Below are positions 50,546 to 62,838 of a stretch of 64,000 nt of DNA, in pieces. The stretch is from contig CAVSBQ010000002.1 of the NCBI GenBank assembly GCA_963726265.1, positions 192,001 through 256,000 on the forward strand, given 5' to 3'. How positions within the stretch are numbered: position 1 is the stretch's first letter; every line of letters starts with the position of its first letter. This DNA is from Candidatus Aenigmatarchaeota archaeon (GTDB lineage: Archaea > Aenigmatarchaeota > Aenigmatarchaeia > QMZP01 > QMZT01). Below the pieces are notes generated by a model, which made no database searches, had not been told where the DNA came from, and saw only the letters and a program-made list of their open reading frames with translations. The translations under genes and the position numbers were made by a program.

Positions 50546-51832
50546 TCACTCGTATCTCAGCGCGTCCACCGGCTTCAGCTTGGACGCCCTGTAGGCCGGT
50601 ATGAGGCCCGCCACCACGCCGATGCCGACGGCGATGCCTAATGTGAAGACCAGCAGCTGCGGAGTGACGACGTTTTCGACGCCCATCCCTCCCCCGCCGC
50701 CTCCCATCATGGGCAGAGCGACGAACAGCGACGCCACTGAGCCGATGACGAGGCCTATGACCCCGCCCACCAGGCCGACCAGCGCCGAGTTCATCATGAA
50801 TATCATCATTATGTCGCGGTTCTTCGCGCCAATCGCTTTCATGATGCCTATCTGCTTCGTCCTCTCGAGGACCGTGGTGAACATGGTATTCGCTATCCCT
50901 ACAGCCCCGACGAGCAGCGAGACCGCGGCTATCGCACCCAAAAACAGGGTCACGGATTCAAGAGTCGAGCTTATGGTCTCCTGCATCGCTAGCGACGACG
51001 TCACGCTGTAGTCCTTGGTCTTGTTGGTGACATGGCGAGAGAGCATGAGCCTGGCGTCGATGTCGGCCATCGTGTCTTCGACGAGGTTCTCGTCATCCAC
51101 CTTTACCATGATGGAGTCGAACTCGTATGGTCCCACGTCGTCCAGAACCGCCCTCGCGGCGTCGATGGGCATGATTATGCCGCTGTCGCTTCCGCCGCCC
51201 ATCATGCTGCCGCTTTCGTTCAGTATGCCGGCAATCTTGAAGCTTACTCCCTCGATGGTTATGACCCTGTTCACGGAAAGCGACTGCTTGAACGTCCTGG
51301 TGGCCAGCCTGCTTCCCACCAGAATCATGTTATAGTCGCCCGCGCCCAGAAAACGGCCTGAAGATAGTGTTGACGTGGTTATCTCGTTCCATGCCACGGG
51401 GTCGACGCCCGTGACCGAGACTGTCGTCGTCTCAGCCAGATAATAAACCTCTCCCCTACCGGAAACGGTGCCCGTGACTATGTCGACGTTGTCCACGGCC
51501 TTGAGCGCCTGGATGTCCTTGATGGTCAGGTTCTTCGCTTCGCTGTTCGAGCTTCCCGTGCTGCCTGTGGCGATAGCGACTGACGACCCGCCGTCCATGT
51601 CCCTTGACATGAATCCGCCCGTCGTTCTCGAAGCGCCGGGAGAGACTGTGATGATGTCCGCCCCGAGACCGCCGAGCCTGCTCTCGAGCGATATCTGCAT
51701 TCCTGCGCCAATCGACATTATCGCGACTACGGATGCGACGCCTATGACTATGCCTATGATAGTCAGCCAGCTTCTCACCTTGCTGTGGCGCAGTATGTTC
51801 AGGGCCAGCTTGAATGATTTTGAGGGTTTCAT
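50546..51832 (-). CDS. ABC transporter permease, MacB/FtsX family
   Basis: RSWLTIIGIVIGVASVV, GIANTMFTTVLERTKQIGIMKAIGA, PA.RASKLKPVDALRYE. Confidence 0.93.
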   Translation of the reverse strand: MKPSKSFKLALNILRHSKVRSWLTIIGIVIGVASVVAIMSIGAGMQISLESRLGGLGADIITVSPGASRTTGGFMSRDMDGGSSVAIATGSTGSSNSEAKNLTIKDIQALKAVDNVDIVTGTVSGRGEVYYLAETTTVSVTGVDPVAWNEITTSTLSSGRFLGAGDYNMILVGSRLATRTFKQSLSVNRVITIEGVSFKIAGILNESGSMMGGGSDSGIIMPIDAARAVLDDVGPYEFDSIMVKVDDENLVEDTMADIDARLMLSRHVTNKTKDYSVTSSLAMQETISSTLESVTLFLGAIAAVSLLVGAVGIANTMFTTVLERTKQIGIMKAIGAKNRDIMMIFMMNSALVGLVGGVIGLVIGSVASLFVALPMMGGGGGGMGVENVVTPQLLVFTLGIAVGIGVVAGLIPAYRASKLKPVDALRYE

Positions 51833-51902
51833 GCTATCTTAATCTTCCTGCATTGAACCTTCCTTTTGCATTCTCCATTTCGCTTCTGTTTCGCTTTTTA
51901 CA

Positions 51903-53213
51903 CTAAACTTTCTTTTTGCCCGGCCTTCTGATACGGCTGCGCAGGTAATTCCTCTTCCAGTAGCAGACGACGCCCGCGATTGCTGCGACAACGATGATGT
52001 ATGGCAGGTAGCTCACGATCACATTGGACTGCTGCCTGCTCGAGTTGAAAGTCCCGTAGGCTGTCGCCGTCGAATCGGATGACCTGAACTGTATGGGCAC
52101 GCTTTTCTCGAGCGTGTGCCTCTTGCCGGTCGTGTCCGTGTAGTCAATCAGCACCTTGAGGTTGCTGTCCTGCGACGGTGCAGAGGCCTGGCTTTCAGCG
52201 GTCCTGTTCATCCTACCGAAAGCGACTGCCGAGCTTATCTGGAAGGAAACGATGGTGTAATCGCCCTTATCCAGGTTGCCTATTATCGAGGACGCGCTTC
52301 CCGTGACCGAGTAGCTCTGCTGGGTAGGTATCCTGACCGTGACCGACATAGCGGGGTTGTTGCCCGTGTTGGCGACGGACAGCGAAGTCGTGCCTGACGA
52401 GCTCTCGGAGAACGTCACGTCGAAGTCGGTTTCGCCTCCGATGAAAATCCCCGTCTTCATGGTCAGCTCCTCGGACACGCCCTGGTCGTTCTCATACGTC
52501 AGCGTCAGGTCCAGCCTGTAAAGGCCTGGATCGGCATTGACGTCCGCGACGACCGTGTAGTCCAGGTCTGCCGATTTGCCGACGTCTATATACTTGACGT
52601 ATTTGGTGTTGTCGGAATAGACCGGCAGGATGTAGCCGTTCTCCTCGTTCCACGAAAAGACGAGATTCTGCAGCGGCGAAGAGCCGGCGTTGGTTATCGT
52701 GAACTTGAGGGCGGTCTCCTCACCCGGGGTGAGCAGCGACTTGTCAAGGTATATGGTCTGCGCGTTTTCCGACCCGGTCACCTCGATGTCGAATTCCTTT
52801 ATGATGGAAACGTCCGAGCCCTCCTCGCTGAGTTTCAGGTTTATCTCGTTCGTCCCCTTGATGGCGTCCTTGTCCACCCTGACCTTGAATTTGACCGGGA
52901 CTGCATCGGCGCCAGTCTGGTAAGCCCTCAGGGCGCTGACGCTTTTGACGTATTCTTCACCGGGGATTTCCACGAACGGATACTGCGGCTGAAGTTCAAG
53001 CTGAAGATTGTTGGTCGCCTGGCCTCCGGTGTTTTCTATCACAAAGCGCAGCTCGACCATTTCACCGGCCCTTGCCGGATCCGGGGTCTGGCTCACCAGA
53101 GACACGTTCAAATTAGCCGAACTCGGGCTGGTAACGGCCGCTTCGGCCGCGCCTCCCAGCGCTATGATTAAAATTCCTGCCAAAAGACAAAACATCAACG
53201 TTTTAGTCTTCAT
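51903..53213 (-). CDS. COG1361-like S-layer/Ig-domain surface protein
   Basis: Signal peptide, QTPDPARAG, repeated N.G...A motifs, C-terminal TM. Confidence 0.8.
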   Translation of the reverse strand: MKTKTLMFCLLAGILIIALGGAAEAAVTSPSSANLNVSLVSQTPDPARAGEMVELRFVIENTGGQATNNLQLELQPQYPFVEIPGEEYVKSVSALRAYQTGADAVPVKFKVRVDKDAIKGTNEINLKLSEEGSDVSIIKEFDIEVTGSENAQTIYLDKSLLTPGEETALKFTITNAGSSPLQNLVFSWNEENGYILPVYSDNTKYVKYIDVGKSADLDYTVVADVNADPGLYRLDLTLTYENDQGVSEELTMKTGIFIGGETDFDVTFSESSSGTTSLSVANTGNNPAMSVTVRIPTQQSYSVTGSASSIIGNLDKGDYTIVSFQISSAVAFGRMNRTAESQASAPSQDSNLKVLIDYTDTTGKRHTLEKSVPIQFRSSDSTATAYGTFNSSRQQSNVIVSYLPYIIVVAAIAGVVCYWKRNYLRSRIRRPGKKKV

Positions 53214-53249
53214 ACTCAAACACCTCCTGAACTATTCCTGAAATCATAT

Positions 53250-53949
<700 letters not shown>

Positions 53950-53957
<8 letters not shown>

Positions 53958-54402
53958 CCACCATCCACTCCGTGAAAGAATGCATGATTATTTTTCCCGT
54001 ATCGATATTGACCAGATAAAAGTGGGTTTTAGTTTCCGACTGCAGGGATACGTGAAGCGTGTTGCCATCGCTTATCTCCTGGTTGAAGCCCGTGGTCTCC
54101 GGGCCCTCCATCCTGATGAACATCGGGGGCATCCTGTCGAGCTTTCTTATCATAGAGGATACCGTGACCTCATAGTTGCTTATGTCGTCTCCGCTTTTCG
54201 CCAGCTCCTGAGCCACGACATTCCTCGCCGAATCCATCTGCTCCTGCGTCGGGGCGCTGGGAAGAGGTCCGGAATTGTATATTCTAAATAGCCCGCCGGC
54301 CAGCGCCATGCCGAAAAGCACTATAAACACGACCGCGATAATTTTCCACACGTTCATTTCATTCTTTTTTTCCTTGCCTTTGGTTTTAACTTTCCTGTTC
54401 AT
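53950..54402 (-). CDS. Hypothetical membrane-anchored protein (PepSY-like C-terminus)
   Basis: One TM; YLVNIDTGKII; GGAGGCGGTGA RBS. Confidence 0.7.
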
Positions 54403-54455
54403 AACTTCACCGCCTCCCGCGCAGTTTAATCAGCATTGAATGAATAGTCTATGGC

Positions 54456-54504
54456 TGAAACCATTTATCTAGGTTTGCTGAAACTGGTTTCAGTTAAGTG
54501 AAAC
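54456..54504. promoter_or_regulatory. Candidate operator: TGAAACTGGTTTCA palindrome with flanking TGAAAC half-sites
   Basis: Palindrome at 54479-54492, half-sites at 54456 and 54499, in a divergent promoter region. Confidence 0.6.
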
Positions 54505-54558
54505 CACAGGCCGGAAACAGGAAAAATCTTTATAAGACATCCGGAGCAAAAATACAGC

Positions 54559-55044
54559 ATGAATCGGTTCAAGGTTATCCTTTCGATTGTCATACTCGCG
54601 GTCTCGATAATGCTCCTGTTCAGCAAACTCTTTTCGTCACAGCCGATCACCATAATCCTTGAGACCGGGCAGGAAGTGACCACGCTGGCCTCAGACTACT
54701 TCTCGCTGGCCGATGCCATGCTCCTTATCGTAAGCTCGTTCCTTATAGGCTCGGTTACCATTTACCTGTTTTACAACTCCGACACCAAGGAAGTGATAAA
54801 GTCCTTCCGGAAGGAGAACGGCATCAAGGAGAAATACGGGATGGTCATCCCGCTGCTGAGGTCGGATGAAAGAAGGGTTTTCCAGGAGCTCGTGGATGCG
54901 AAGGGTGAGATGCTCCAGAATGCGCTGGTGCTGAAATCGGGCATGTCGAAGGTCAAGATGACCAGGGTACTGTCCAGCCTCGAACGCAAGGGCCTGATTT
55001 TAAAGGAAAGGCACGGCCTGACGAACAAAATAAAGCTGAAATAA
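54559..55044 (+). CDS. Membrane-anchored winged-HTH transcriptional regulator
   Basis: Two TM helices, then L.SDERRVF...LQNALV.KSGMSKVKMTRVL..LERKGL..KER.GLTN; paralogue of 14515-15015. Confidence 0.8.
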   Translation: MNRFKVILSIVILAVSIMLLFSKLFSSQPITIILETGQEVTTLASDYFSLADAMLLIVSSFLIGSVTIYLFYNSDTKEVIKSFRKENGIKEKYGMVIPLLRSDERRVFQELVDAKGEMLQNALVLKSGMSKVKMTRVLSSLERKGLILKERHGLTNKIKLK

Positions 55045-55134
55045 TTAAGGCAGGTATGGCCTGCCGGAACACGACCAAAATGAATTTATAAGTTGGCGTC
55101 AATTTATTTTCTTGACGATATTCAGGAGATGTTT

Positions 55135-55920
55135 ATGAGCGAATACGGACATGATGCGCATTTAGTCCTGAGCTATTTCAAAAGCCAGGAAATTATTTTC
55201 AACGATTTTTACAGGATGCATGAAAGGGACACTCTCGGGATGTATTTGGAAAGCCTTGAAAACATGAGGGATGTTTTCCTGCTGGAAGACAGATGCTTCC
55301 GCTGCATCGACGAGCGCACGCCTGGAGGGCTTCACGCCGCCGGGCCTGTTATTCTTTTTGACCAGGCGAAGGGCATCGAGATGCTTAAAAAAGCGAGAGC
55401 CGAAGGCATCTACAGCCACGCCGGCTGCGGAGCCGCGGGCATAAAATTCGAAACGCTGGACGAAAAGATGAAAAGGTTTTACGTCAATTCCGACAATTAC
55501 GGCATGTTCTACGCGAAAAATATAGCCAAGGCAGCGGGAATCCCTTACAAAGGACATCTGGACGTTGAGACGCCTTTCCACGTGGCAAGGATGGCCGTGT
55601 ATGATGGCTCCGGAAGCTTCGACAACTCCGCTGATAAACTGAATAAAGCTGGATTGCCGCCCACGTTCGTGATAAGCAGGAGATACCACTCCGAACCGGA
55701 GAGCGCGATGAGAGAAGCTTCGATAGCGGCGACCATAGCGACCGGCGACCACGGCTTCGGAGGCCTGATAAAGGCGGACAAGACGCCGTTCCTGCTGCTT
55801 GTTATCGGAGGCAGGTACAGCAAGGAATTTTCCCAGAGCAGACTGACGGAAGAAGCGGAGGAAGTCGCAAAGGGATTCGGAGGCAAGGTCATCGTCGACG
55901 GCTTCGTGGCGCCGATTTAA
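55135..55920 (+). CDS. Beta-carbonic-anhydrase-like protein (CxD...HxxC), copy 1
   Basis: RCIDERTP, SHAGCGAA. Confidence 0.55.
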   Translation: MSEYGHDAHLVLSYFKSQEIIFNDFYRMHERDTLGMYLESLENMRDVFLLEDRCFRCIDERTPGGLHAAGPVILFDQAKGIEMLKKARAEGIYSHAGCGAAGIKFETLDEKMKRFYVNSDNYGMFYAKNIAKAAGIPYKGHLDVETPFHVARMAVYDGSGSFDNSADKLNKAGLPPTFVISRRYHSEPESAMREASIAATIATGDHGFGGLIKADKTPFLLLVIGGRYSKEFSQSRLTEEAEEVAKGFGGKVIVDGFVAPI

Positions 55921-56014
55921 GCCGCCTTTAGCCTAATCTGTCTAGGTTCAATCAAGATTTATAAAATTTACGAATAATTAAAGGATAATCTAAAACGAAT
56001 TATGGAGGATTGTT

Positions 56015-56782
56015 ATGAGCAGTCATTATGCAACGAACAAATTGGGAGAATTCATACCCAAAAGAAAGCATTTCGACCTTCTCAAAATGATTGGCGCGGA
56101 GTGCTTCTACGGCGCGAAACCAGACATATATTTGTCGTTCCCAGAAAACAACGGAGTGGTGAGCTGCATCGACGAAGGCACACCCCATGGTCATATCCGC
56201 TTCGCGGGTTCGGGCATACTCAATGATGATATCCTCGTGCTCATGGAGAACCTGCTCAGGGATGGCAAGCTCTGGTGCATAACAAGCCACGATGAGTGCA
56301 GCGCTGCGAAGCTTTTCGCGCAAATACATGATCTCAAGCTTTCAGAAGCCGATGCATACGCCGGGGAATTATTGGAAAATGTGGCAAGGCAACTGAAAGT
56401 GGGATATAAACACATACCTATTGGCGAAATGAAAAGGCCACCGGACCTGCACACCGCAAGAATAATTTATTATGCAGGAACGGATGCGTTCGATCCGACA
56501 AAAGCAATCGATATGCCGAACGGCTTCGTCATAAGCCGCGCACACATGGATGCAGAAAATGCGCAGAAAGAGGCTGGTATTGCGGCGGACATAGCTTTCG
56601 GCGACCACGGCTTCGGAGACCTTTTCACCGGCGATACCCCTCTGCACATAGTAGCAATAGGAAAGCCGAATAGCCAGGAATTTTCGGCCAAGAATCTTAC
56701 CGGAGAACTGAAACCCATAAAGTCGAAATACGGCGACAGGGTAATAATCGACGGCTTCACTGCGCCATTAGCGCCGCTTTGA
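56015..56782 (+). CDS. Beta-carbonic-anhydrase-like protein, copy 2
   Basis: SCIDEGTP, SHDECSAA; shares FVISR, GDHGFG, DGF.AP with copy 1. Confidence 0.55.
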   Translation: MSSHYATNKLGEFIPKRKHFDLLKMIGAECFYGAKPDIYLSFPENNGVVSCIDEGTPHGHIRFAGSGILNDDILVLMENLLRDGKLWCITSHDECSAAKLFAQIHDLKLSEADAYAGELLENVARQLKVGYKHIPIGEMKRPPDLHTARIIYYAGTDAFDPTKAIDMPNGFVISRAHMDAENAQKEAGIAADIAFGDHGFGDLFTGDTPLHIVAIGKPNSQEFSAKNLTGELKPIKSKYGDRVIIDGFTAPLAPL

Positions 56783-56831
56783 TTTTTACGGCAGCATTAT
56801 CTTTTTTTAAGCTTCCCTTCATTTTGTATTC

Positions 56832-57868
56832 ATGGTCCCCGAAAACGAGAGGAAGGAAGCCTTGTTCTACAAAAAACTTGCGGGGAAAGGCAAGCTTGTG
56901 AAGTGCGAGCTGTGCCCGCGCTTTTGTGTGATTGCGGACGGAGCGAAAGGCTTCTGCCGGGTGAGGATGAACGACGACGGCGTGCTCCGCTCGCTGGTTT
57001 ATGGCCTGCCGGTTTCTGTTGCAGTGGATCCCATAGAAAAGAAGCCGCTGTTCCATTTCGCGCCCGGCTCGCGTTGTTTGTCGCTCGCGACGGTCGGCTG
57101 TAACCTGCGATGCGCATTCTGCCAGAACGCCAGCATATCCCAGGAATACGACGCGATAAACGGCGAGCCGATGGAAGCGAAGGAAGTCGTGACGCTCGCG
57201 AAACGCGAGGGTGCGGATGGCATCGCGTACACTTATACCGAGCCGACCGTGTTCTACGAATACGCGCTAGACATCATGAAGCTCGCGAAGAAGGCCGGCT
57301 TGTATAATGTCTGGGTCTCGAACGGGTATACGAATCCGCGCCGATAAAGAAGATGGCGCCATACCTGGACGCCGTCAACGTCGATCTGAAAGGGAATGAC
57401 GAGTTTTACAGAAAGGTCTGCGGCGGCATCGGGATAAAGCCCGTTTTCGACGCGCTGAAGGCGTACGTGAAAAACGGCGTCTGGGTGGAGGTTACCAATC
57501 TGATAATTCCCGGTTATAACGATTCAACGAAAGCGATAACAAATCTTGCTGAGTGGGTGGGGAAGAATTTGGGGAAGGCAACGCCGCTTCACTTCTCGGC
57601 CTTCCATCCCCAGTATAAGCTTACGAATGCGAAGCCCACGCCCGCGGCGACGCTCGAGAAGGCGGTGGCGATCGCGAAAGCCAAGGGGCTTAAATGGGTC
57701 TACGCCGGCAACGTCTGGGGCAGCAAATACGAATCGACGTGGTGTTGGAAATGCGGCTCGCTGGTCATAAGGAGGGCGGGCTTCGACCTGCTTTCTTTCG
57801 TGGCGAAATGCGGCAAGTGCGGGGAACGCGTGGACCTGAAGGGCATGGGATGGGCCAGAAAGGTTTAA
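56832..57868 (+). CDS. AmmeMemoRadiSam-system radical SAM enzyme (PflA-like; frameshift near 57340)
   Basis: CELCPRFC, VDPIEKKPLFHF.PG, GCNLRCAFCQN, YTEPT, NVDLKG, PLHFSAFHP. Confidence 0.9.
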
Positions 57869-57901
57869 ATTGAACAAGCGAGATGAATTAATATGGACAA
57901 G

Positions 57902-58340
57902 ATGGCTGACAGCAAAAAAGAGGAAGACGCGAAAAGGCGCGTGAAGAGCGGCTGGATACGCGTGGGCATGATGATAGAGGCGCTGGCCATATCCGAGGAC
58001 GCGGCGCAGTCCGGCCCTGAAGAAGCACATAGAAAAGATGAAGAATGAGAAGGACATCATAATCTGCAAGCATAACTTCAGGGGGGTAAAGGAAGTCGCA
58101 ACGCCGCTGCCGCACATAGAGAAGGGTTATTCGGAAGTCCTGGACGTCGAGCTGGTGGCGGAGAACTTCGACAAGCTCGTCTACCTTGTAATGAACTACG
58201 GGCCGTCAGCGATAGAGATACTCGAGCCCAAGAACATAACCATGGACATGGGCGAGGCGCAGGGCGTCCTGAACTCGCTCGCCTCGATGATACACACCTT
58301 CGCCGCGATGGGCGCGGGCGGCATGCTGGTTTCTACCTGA
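57902..58340 (+). CDS. Conserved hypothetical protein (frameshift near 58010)
   Basis: MMIEALA...; YGPSAIEILEP motif. Confidence 0.65.
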
Positions 58341-58391
58341 GCGCCATGGCAACTTCTGATTGTGTCAATAAAATAAAAGCTGGAAGACGCC

Positions 58392-58876
58392 TTACTTCTT
58401 CTCTTTCTTGGCGCGCGCTTTCTTGGGCTTGGCCTCTTTGTGTTCCTTGTGTTCTCGTGCTCCTTCGCCTCTTTGTGTTCTTTCGCTTCCTTGTGTTCGT
58501 GCTTCTCTTCGCGCCTTTCCTCTTTGCTTTCCTCGTGTTTCGCTTCTTTCCTGTGCTCTTCCTTTTTCTCAGCCTCTTCGGCGAGCTTCGGCTTTGCCTC
58601 GCTTATCGTTATCGTCTTCACGTTCAGCTTGGCGAGAACGCCGTCTCTCTCGTAAGCGGCAGCGACTTCCTCGTCGGTCGCGTTCTCCTTTATCTCTATC
58701 TTTACCGGAGTGGGCTCGAGATGACGGAAGTTGCACTTCCTTCTCTTGACTTTAGTGACCGATTTCGGACCAGTGATCAGGACAAAATCCTTTTCCTTAT
58801 CCTTCGCTATCACTACACAGATTCTCCCGGCTTCGCGGCCGGCCGTCTTCATGCATATCCTTCCGATTTCGAACAT
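58392..58876 (-). CDS. rpl14e: 50S ribosomal protein L14e with charged low-complexity tail (frameshift in the tail)
   Basis: EIGRICMKTAGREAGR.CVV, ITGPK.VT.VKRRKCN..HLEP. Confidence 0.9.
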
Positions 58877-58899
58877 ATTTCCAACCTCCTAATAGTTGC

Positions 58900-59175
58900 C
58901 TATTGGACAGACTCTATGAGTCTTCTTTTGATTTCCCTGCGCGAGCAGGCTGAGCATAAGTTGCCGCCGAAAGGCCTATCCGGTCGCTTTTCGCTCTTCG
59001 AAAGCTTGGCTATGCCCGAGTCCCTCGCAATCGGAACCCCATGCAGCAGCTTCTTGCACACTGCGCATTTCGCGAAGGCGTTCTTCCTCTCGCCTAAATG
59101 GAGCACCGTTCTTCCGCCCGGAGTCTTGACCTTGAGCTTCCTGTACGATGTTGACCTTTGGCTTCTTTTGACCAT
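58900..59175 (-). CDS. rpl34e: 50S ribosomal protein L34e
   Basis: KTPGGR, KCAVC, LSKSEKRPDRPFGGNLCSAC. Confidence 0.95.
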   Translation of the reverse strand: MVKRSQRSTSYRKLKVKTPGGRTVLHLGERKNAFAKCAVCKKLLHGVPIARDSGIAKLSKSEKRPDRPFGGNLCSACSRREIKRRLIESVQ

Positions 59176-59309
59176 TCAAACCATCCCTGCCGTGAATATC
59201 CTGAACTTGGATAACACTGAGGATAACTAATAATTATCTTATATATATATTTAAAACTTTCAGGACCTCGGAACTTCTGGTTTCTGGTTTTGTATGTATC
59301 AGAAAACAG

Positions 59310-61613
59310 CTATGCCCTGTATTCCTTCTCGTTGTGCTTGACGGAGAAGCCCTTGTGGGTGGAGCGCGCATCGTATTCGATGTCCACCTCTTCGTTCGGC
59401 GCTAACCTGAGTATTTCCCACGTGAGGACATCGGACCCTGAAGTCCACTGCTCCACCTTCGGCATTATCCTCGAGCGGATGAATGCCCCGCGCGGGACAG
59501 AATCGCGCACGGTTACGTCCTGTAGCGTCTTTTTCGTTTTGTTCCTTATCTTCAGCATGACGTGCGGGATGCTTACGGTCTTCTCCAGCTTAAGCGAGCC
59601 ACCTCCGAAGGAAAGCGAAAAGCCGCCTCTCACCGCCTTGCCTATGGCTCAGAAGCCTGAACGCGGTGAAGGCGATGCCGCCGGCCGCTGCTATCAGGAC
59701 TATGACCTCTATGAGGAAAATGAAATTGAAAGGCTCCGGCACCTCGCCCGACGAATGGCCCAGGAAATAGCCGGTCTTCCTCGCGACGAACTCGACCCTG
59801 CCCGCATGGGTTATCTGGATCGTCGCCAGGCCCGAGCTGTCCGTGTAATAGGTCTCGATTGCGGGCGGGTCGGCCGCGGGGTATTTGACGTCTATCCTGA
59901 CCACGGGAACCGGGTCGCCGTCCTGGTCGACGACCTTGACCGTCATGTTGCTGCCGAAGGCCAGCTCGTCCTGGATTAACAAAGACAAGCGCCTCTCAAT
60001 GCATGCGTGGGTGGTCAGGTCGCACGTCTCGTTCTCCGCGCACAGCATGTCCTTGCAGCAGTAGCCGGGCTGCATGCTGCACTTGTGGTTCGCTATCTTC
60101 TCCGGACAGTCGCACAGGACGCGCTCGCATTCGTTCGTGTCGAGGTTGCAGCTCTGGTTGCCCGCGCAGTCGCCGTCGCCACAGCAGTCGTAGGCGACGC
60201 ATGCGTGATTCGCCGCGTAGCCGCAATCGCATTCCAGGCCGATGCATTTGTGCGAGGAGCATTCCTCGTCGCCCGCGCACTGCGCGTCGTCCTGACATTC
60301 GTAGGACGGGTGGATGGTGAAGAAAACGCCGGACGTGTTGGTCTCGTTATCTTCGGACCTGCAGGTGAACAGCGCATCGTATGGGCCATCCATGGCGCTC
60401 ACATTGGCGTATGCCTGGAACGTGTTGGAGTTTATCTCGTCGAGCGGCAGGAACCCGCCTCCGAAGGAATAGTTGCAGGACGTCATGTTATACGGGCTCG
60501 TGACGGTCATGTCAAGCTTTCCGTCACTCAGATTGAGCTGCATGTAGGTCCCGTTTTCCGGAGACTCGATGTTGAAATAGAACGCCTCCCAGCCAAGGAC
60601 CGGGTTTATGAACAAGCGCAGGTAAAGGTCTGCCGTGAGGCTGAAGGCGGTGGAGTTGCCGTAATAGCCGGTCTTGCTCGCGTTGATGGAATACGGACTG
60701 AAAACGAAGACGCCTGACGCGTTTTCGATGCGTTCATCTAACGTCTGCTGGGCGATGCTGCCGCTCGAGTTGGTGCTGCCCGAGAAGGCGGTTGCGGTGA
60801 AATTGTTTATTATCGCTACGCTCGCGCCTGAAACCGGCTCGTCTGCATCGTCAGAATCCTGGCATTCAGGCGCCATCTCCTTATCAGCGAAGTGTAATTG
60901 TTGCCGCTGAGCGTGACGGCCGAGGAAGACATGTATATGTCGTATTGGCCGCTCATGTTGATGAGGTTCCCGTCGAGTAGCACGTTAGCCGCGCCGTTGA
61001 GATAGATGCCGTAGTAGCCGCTCCCCGTTATCTTGTTACCGGTTATTTTCGTGTCCCGGCAATTCAAGGCATAAAGGCCGGTGTAGCTGTTGTTCGCTAT
61101 GGTGTTGTTCGTTATCGTGCAGCCATCCGAGCGCACGAGCAAAGCCATATAGCTTGTCCGAAAACGTAGTGTTGGTGACGTTCGCCCCGGCCGACTTGAT
61201 GTAAAGGCCCGTCTTAGCGGCGTCGGAAGAAGCGAAGCCGCAGTCATGGACGAAGGAATCGCGCAGCTCGAGTTGCGCGCCGGCGTTCGAGACGAAGGTG
61301 AATGCGCCAGTGGCGTCCGGGCCGTTACCGAGCGTCGAGCGGATGACCCGGAACGAGCCGTTGGACTCGATGCCGAATTCCCCGTCGAAGCTGGAATTGA
61401 AGCTGGAGTGATGGAGTCCTCGAGCGTGAGGTTGCCCGAGCCGTTGAGAGCAGGTCGCCATTGAGTATTATAGTCCTGGGACGAGCAAATGACGGTCTCG
61501 TTGACAAGCCAGTCGCCGTTCGAAGGCGGCTCGCAGCTCTGAGCGGCCGCGTGGCCCGAAAGCAAAGCCAAAAACACTATCGCCAGCGCTAAAGAGAAAA
61601 CCAGTCCCCTCAT
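59310..61613 (-). CDS. Large surface protein: beta-helix (NosD-like) repeats, Cys-rich repeats, TM helix, C-terminal Ig-like domain (multiple frameshifts)
   Basis: Signal peptide; ITNNTI.NN..TG.Y; CC.D.DC..N..C repeats; pieces lie in ORFs 60816-61613, 61036-61461, 59590-60876, 59310-59633. Confidence 0.65.
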
Positions 61614-61661
61614 AACTAAATGTTAAGCGAGCGCTCTTATATTGGTTTAATGCCGCCCGGA

Positions 61662-62813
61662 TTACTCCTCAATGACGAGGGAGAAGCCGTCGCTGAAAAC
61701 GCTTTTCCTTATCTTCTTCAGCTCCACCTTTTTGCCCGTCATGCCTGAGATGATGCCCGACAGCATGGCCCTGAACATGACGAATTCGACTTCGTCCGCC
61801 CACTCGTTCCACGGGAAAAAGCCCACGGTGATTTTGTATTTTCCACCTTCCGCGGACGCGAAAAAATCGCCGAAGCCGAAGCCCGGGAAAAGGTCCTTTA
61901 TGAATTTGCACGGGTCCTGCTTATCGAATTTTCCCGAAAAGGCTTTCCCCCAGGCGAAGCTTGTCCGCCACAGCAGGTCGAGGCCTCCGGGAAGCTTTTT
62001 CAGGCCCATCTCGAGCAGATACATCACCGATGACTCCAGCAGCAGGAAGCGCTCGTCCTTGTAGGTCATGGTGCCATGGGCGTATTTTATGAAGCCGGCA
62101 TCTATGATCGTCTTCAGCGAGTTCTTCGCGAACTTCGAGGTCCTTACGCAGTTGATGTTGTTGTACTGGGGCAGTCTTATCGAAAGGTTGTCCAGCCTCC
62201 CCTCGCTGAAGCATTTCATCCTTTTTTCTGCGAAATAGTCCCTGGGCGCGCACACCACTTCGCAGAAGGCGTCCTGCCTGCCCTGGCATTTCGTCTGAAC
62301 CCCTTCGATATTCATGTTCTGCACGACGTATGCCCATATCCCGGCTATCGAACCCTCCGTGAGCAGGTGGCCTATGCCGTTCCTGCTGCAGACTATGTAA
62401 TCGTTCATGGAGAGCGTGAAAAGCTGCCTGGCCATGTCTATTTCATGCGTCATCTTGGACGAGTATATGCTCTCGATGTATCTCACGACGAAATAGGCGA
62501 ATTTCAGGAAATCGCCTTCAGACGACTCCTTTATGGTGGGAAGGTGCGACGCCGAGGCATAGCGGTAGCCGAATCTCTTGCCTATCGAATAAAGGAGCTG
62601 CCTGCCTTTTTCTGCGTGCTTCGTCACTATGCCCTTTTCAAGCTCGGCGAATATGCCCTCCGGGATCACGACTTCCCTGAGGTTCGTGATGGCCTTCTTC
62701 TTGCCGATCTTGAGGACGATGAAGCCGGGCCTGTCTATTATTTCGTTCCTTGGAAGAAGCACGTTCCTTATGAACCAGGATACGGTCGCGTCTTTGATTG
62801 CCATGGACAGCAC
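61662..62813 (-). CDS. Tandem V4R-like domain protein
   Basis: LYSIGKRFG, GSIAGIW, QTKCQGRQDAFCEVV; second degenerate repeat (GFGFG, RAMLSGIISG). Confidence 0.6.
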   Translation of the reverse strand: MLSMAIKDATVSWFIRNVLLPRNEIIDRPGFIVLKIGKKKAITNLREVVIPEGIFAELEKGIVTKHAEKGRQLLYSIGKRFGYRYASASHLPTIKESSEGDFLKFAYFVVRYIESIYSSKMTHEIDMARQLFTLSMNDYIVCSRNGIGHLLTEGSIAGIWAYVVQNMNIEGVQTKCQGRQDAFCEVVCAPRDYFAEKRMKCFSEGRLDNLSIRLPQYNNINCVRTSKFAKNSLKTIIDAGFIKYAHGTMTYKDERFLLLESSVMYLLEMGLKKLPGGLDLLWRTSFAWGKAFSGKFDKQDPCKFIKDLFPGFGFGDFFASAEGGKYKITVGFFPWNEWADEVEFVMFRAMLSGIISGMTGKKVELKKIRKSVFSDGFSLVIEE

Positions 62814-62838
62814 CTGAATCTGCCGGATGCGCCGGGAT

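Noticed and set aside
58440..58580. Short tandem repeats here and at 27650-27840 as a CRISPR array or VNTR element
   Set aside because: They are degenerate coding repeats (KEHKEA, HSE/HAE) without unique spacers; no cas genes or CRISPR array seen in the window
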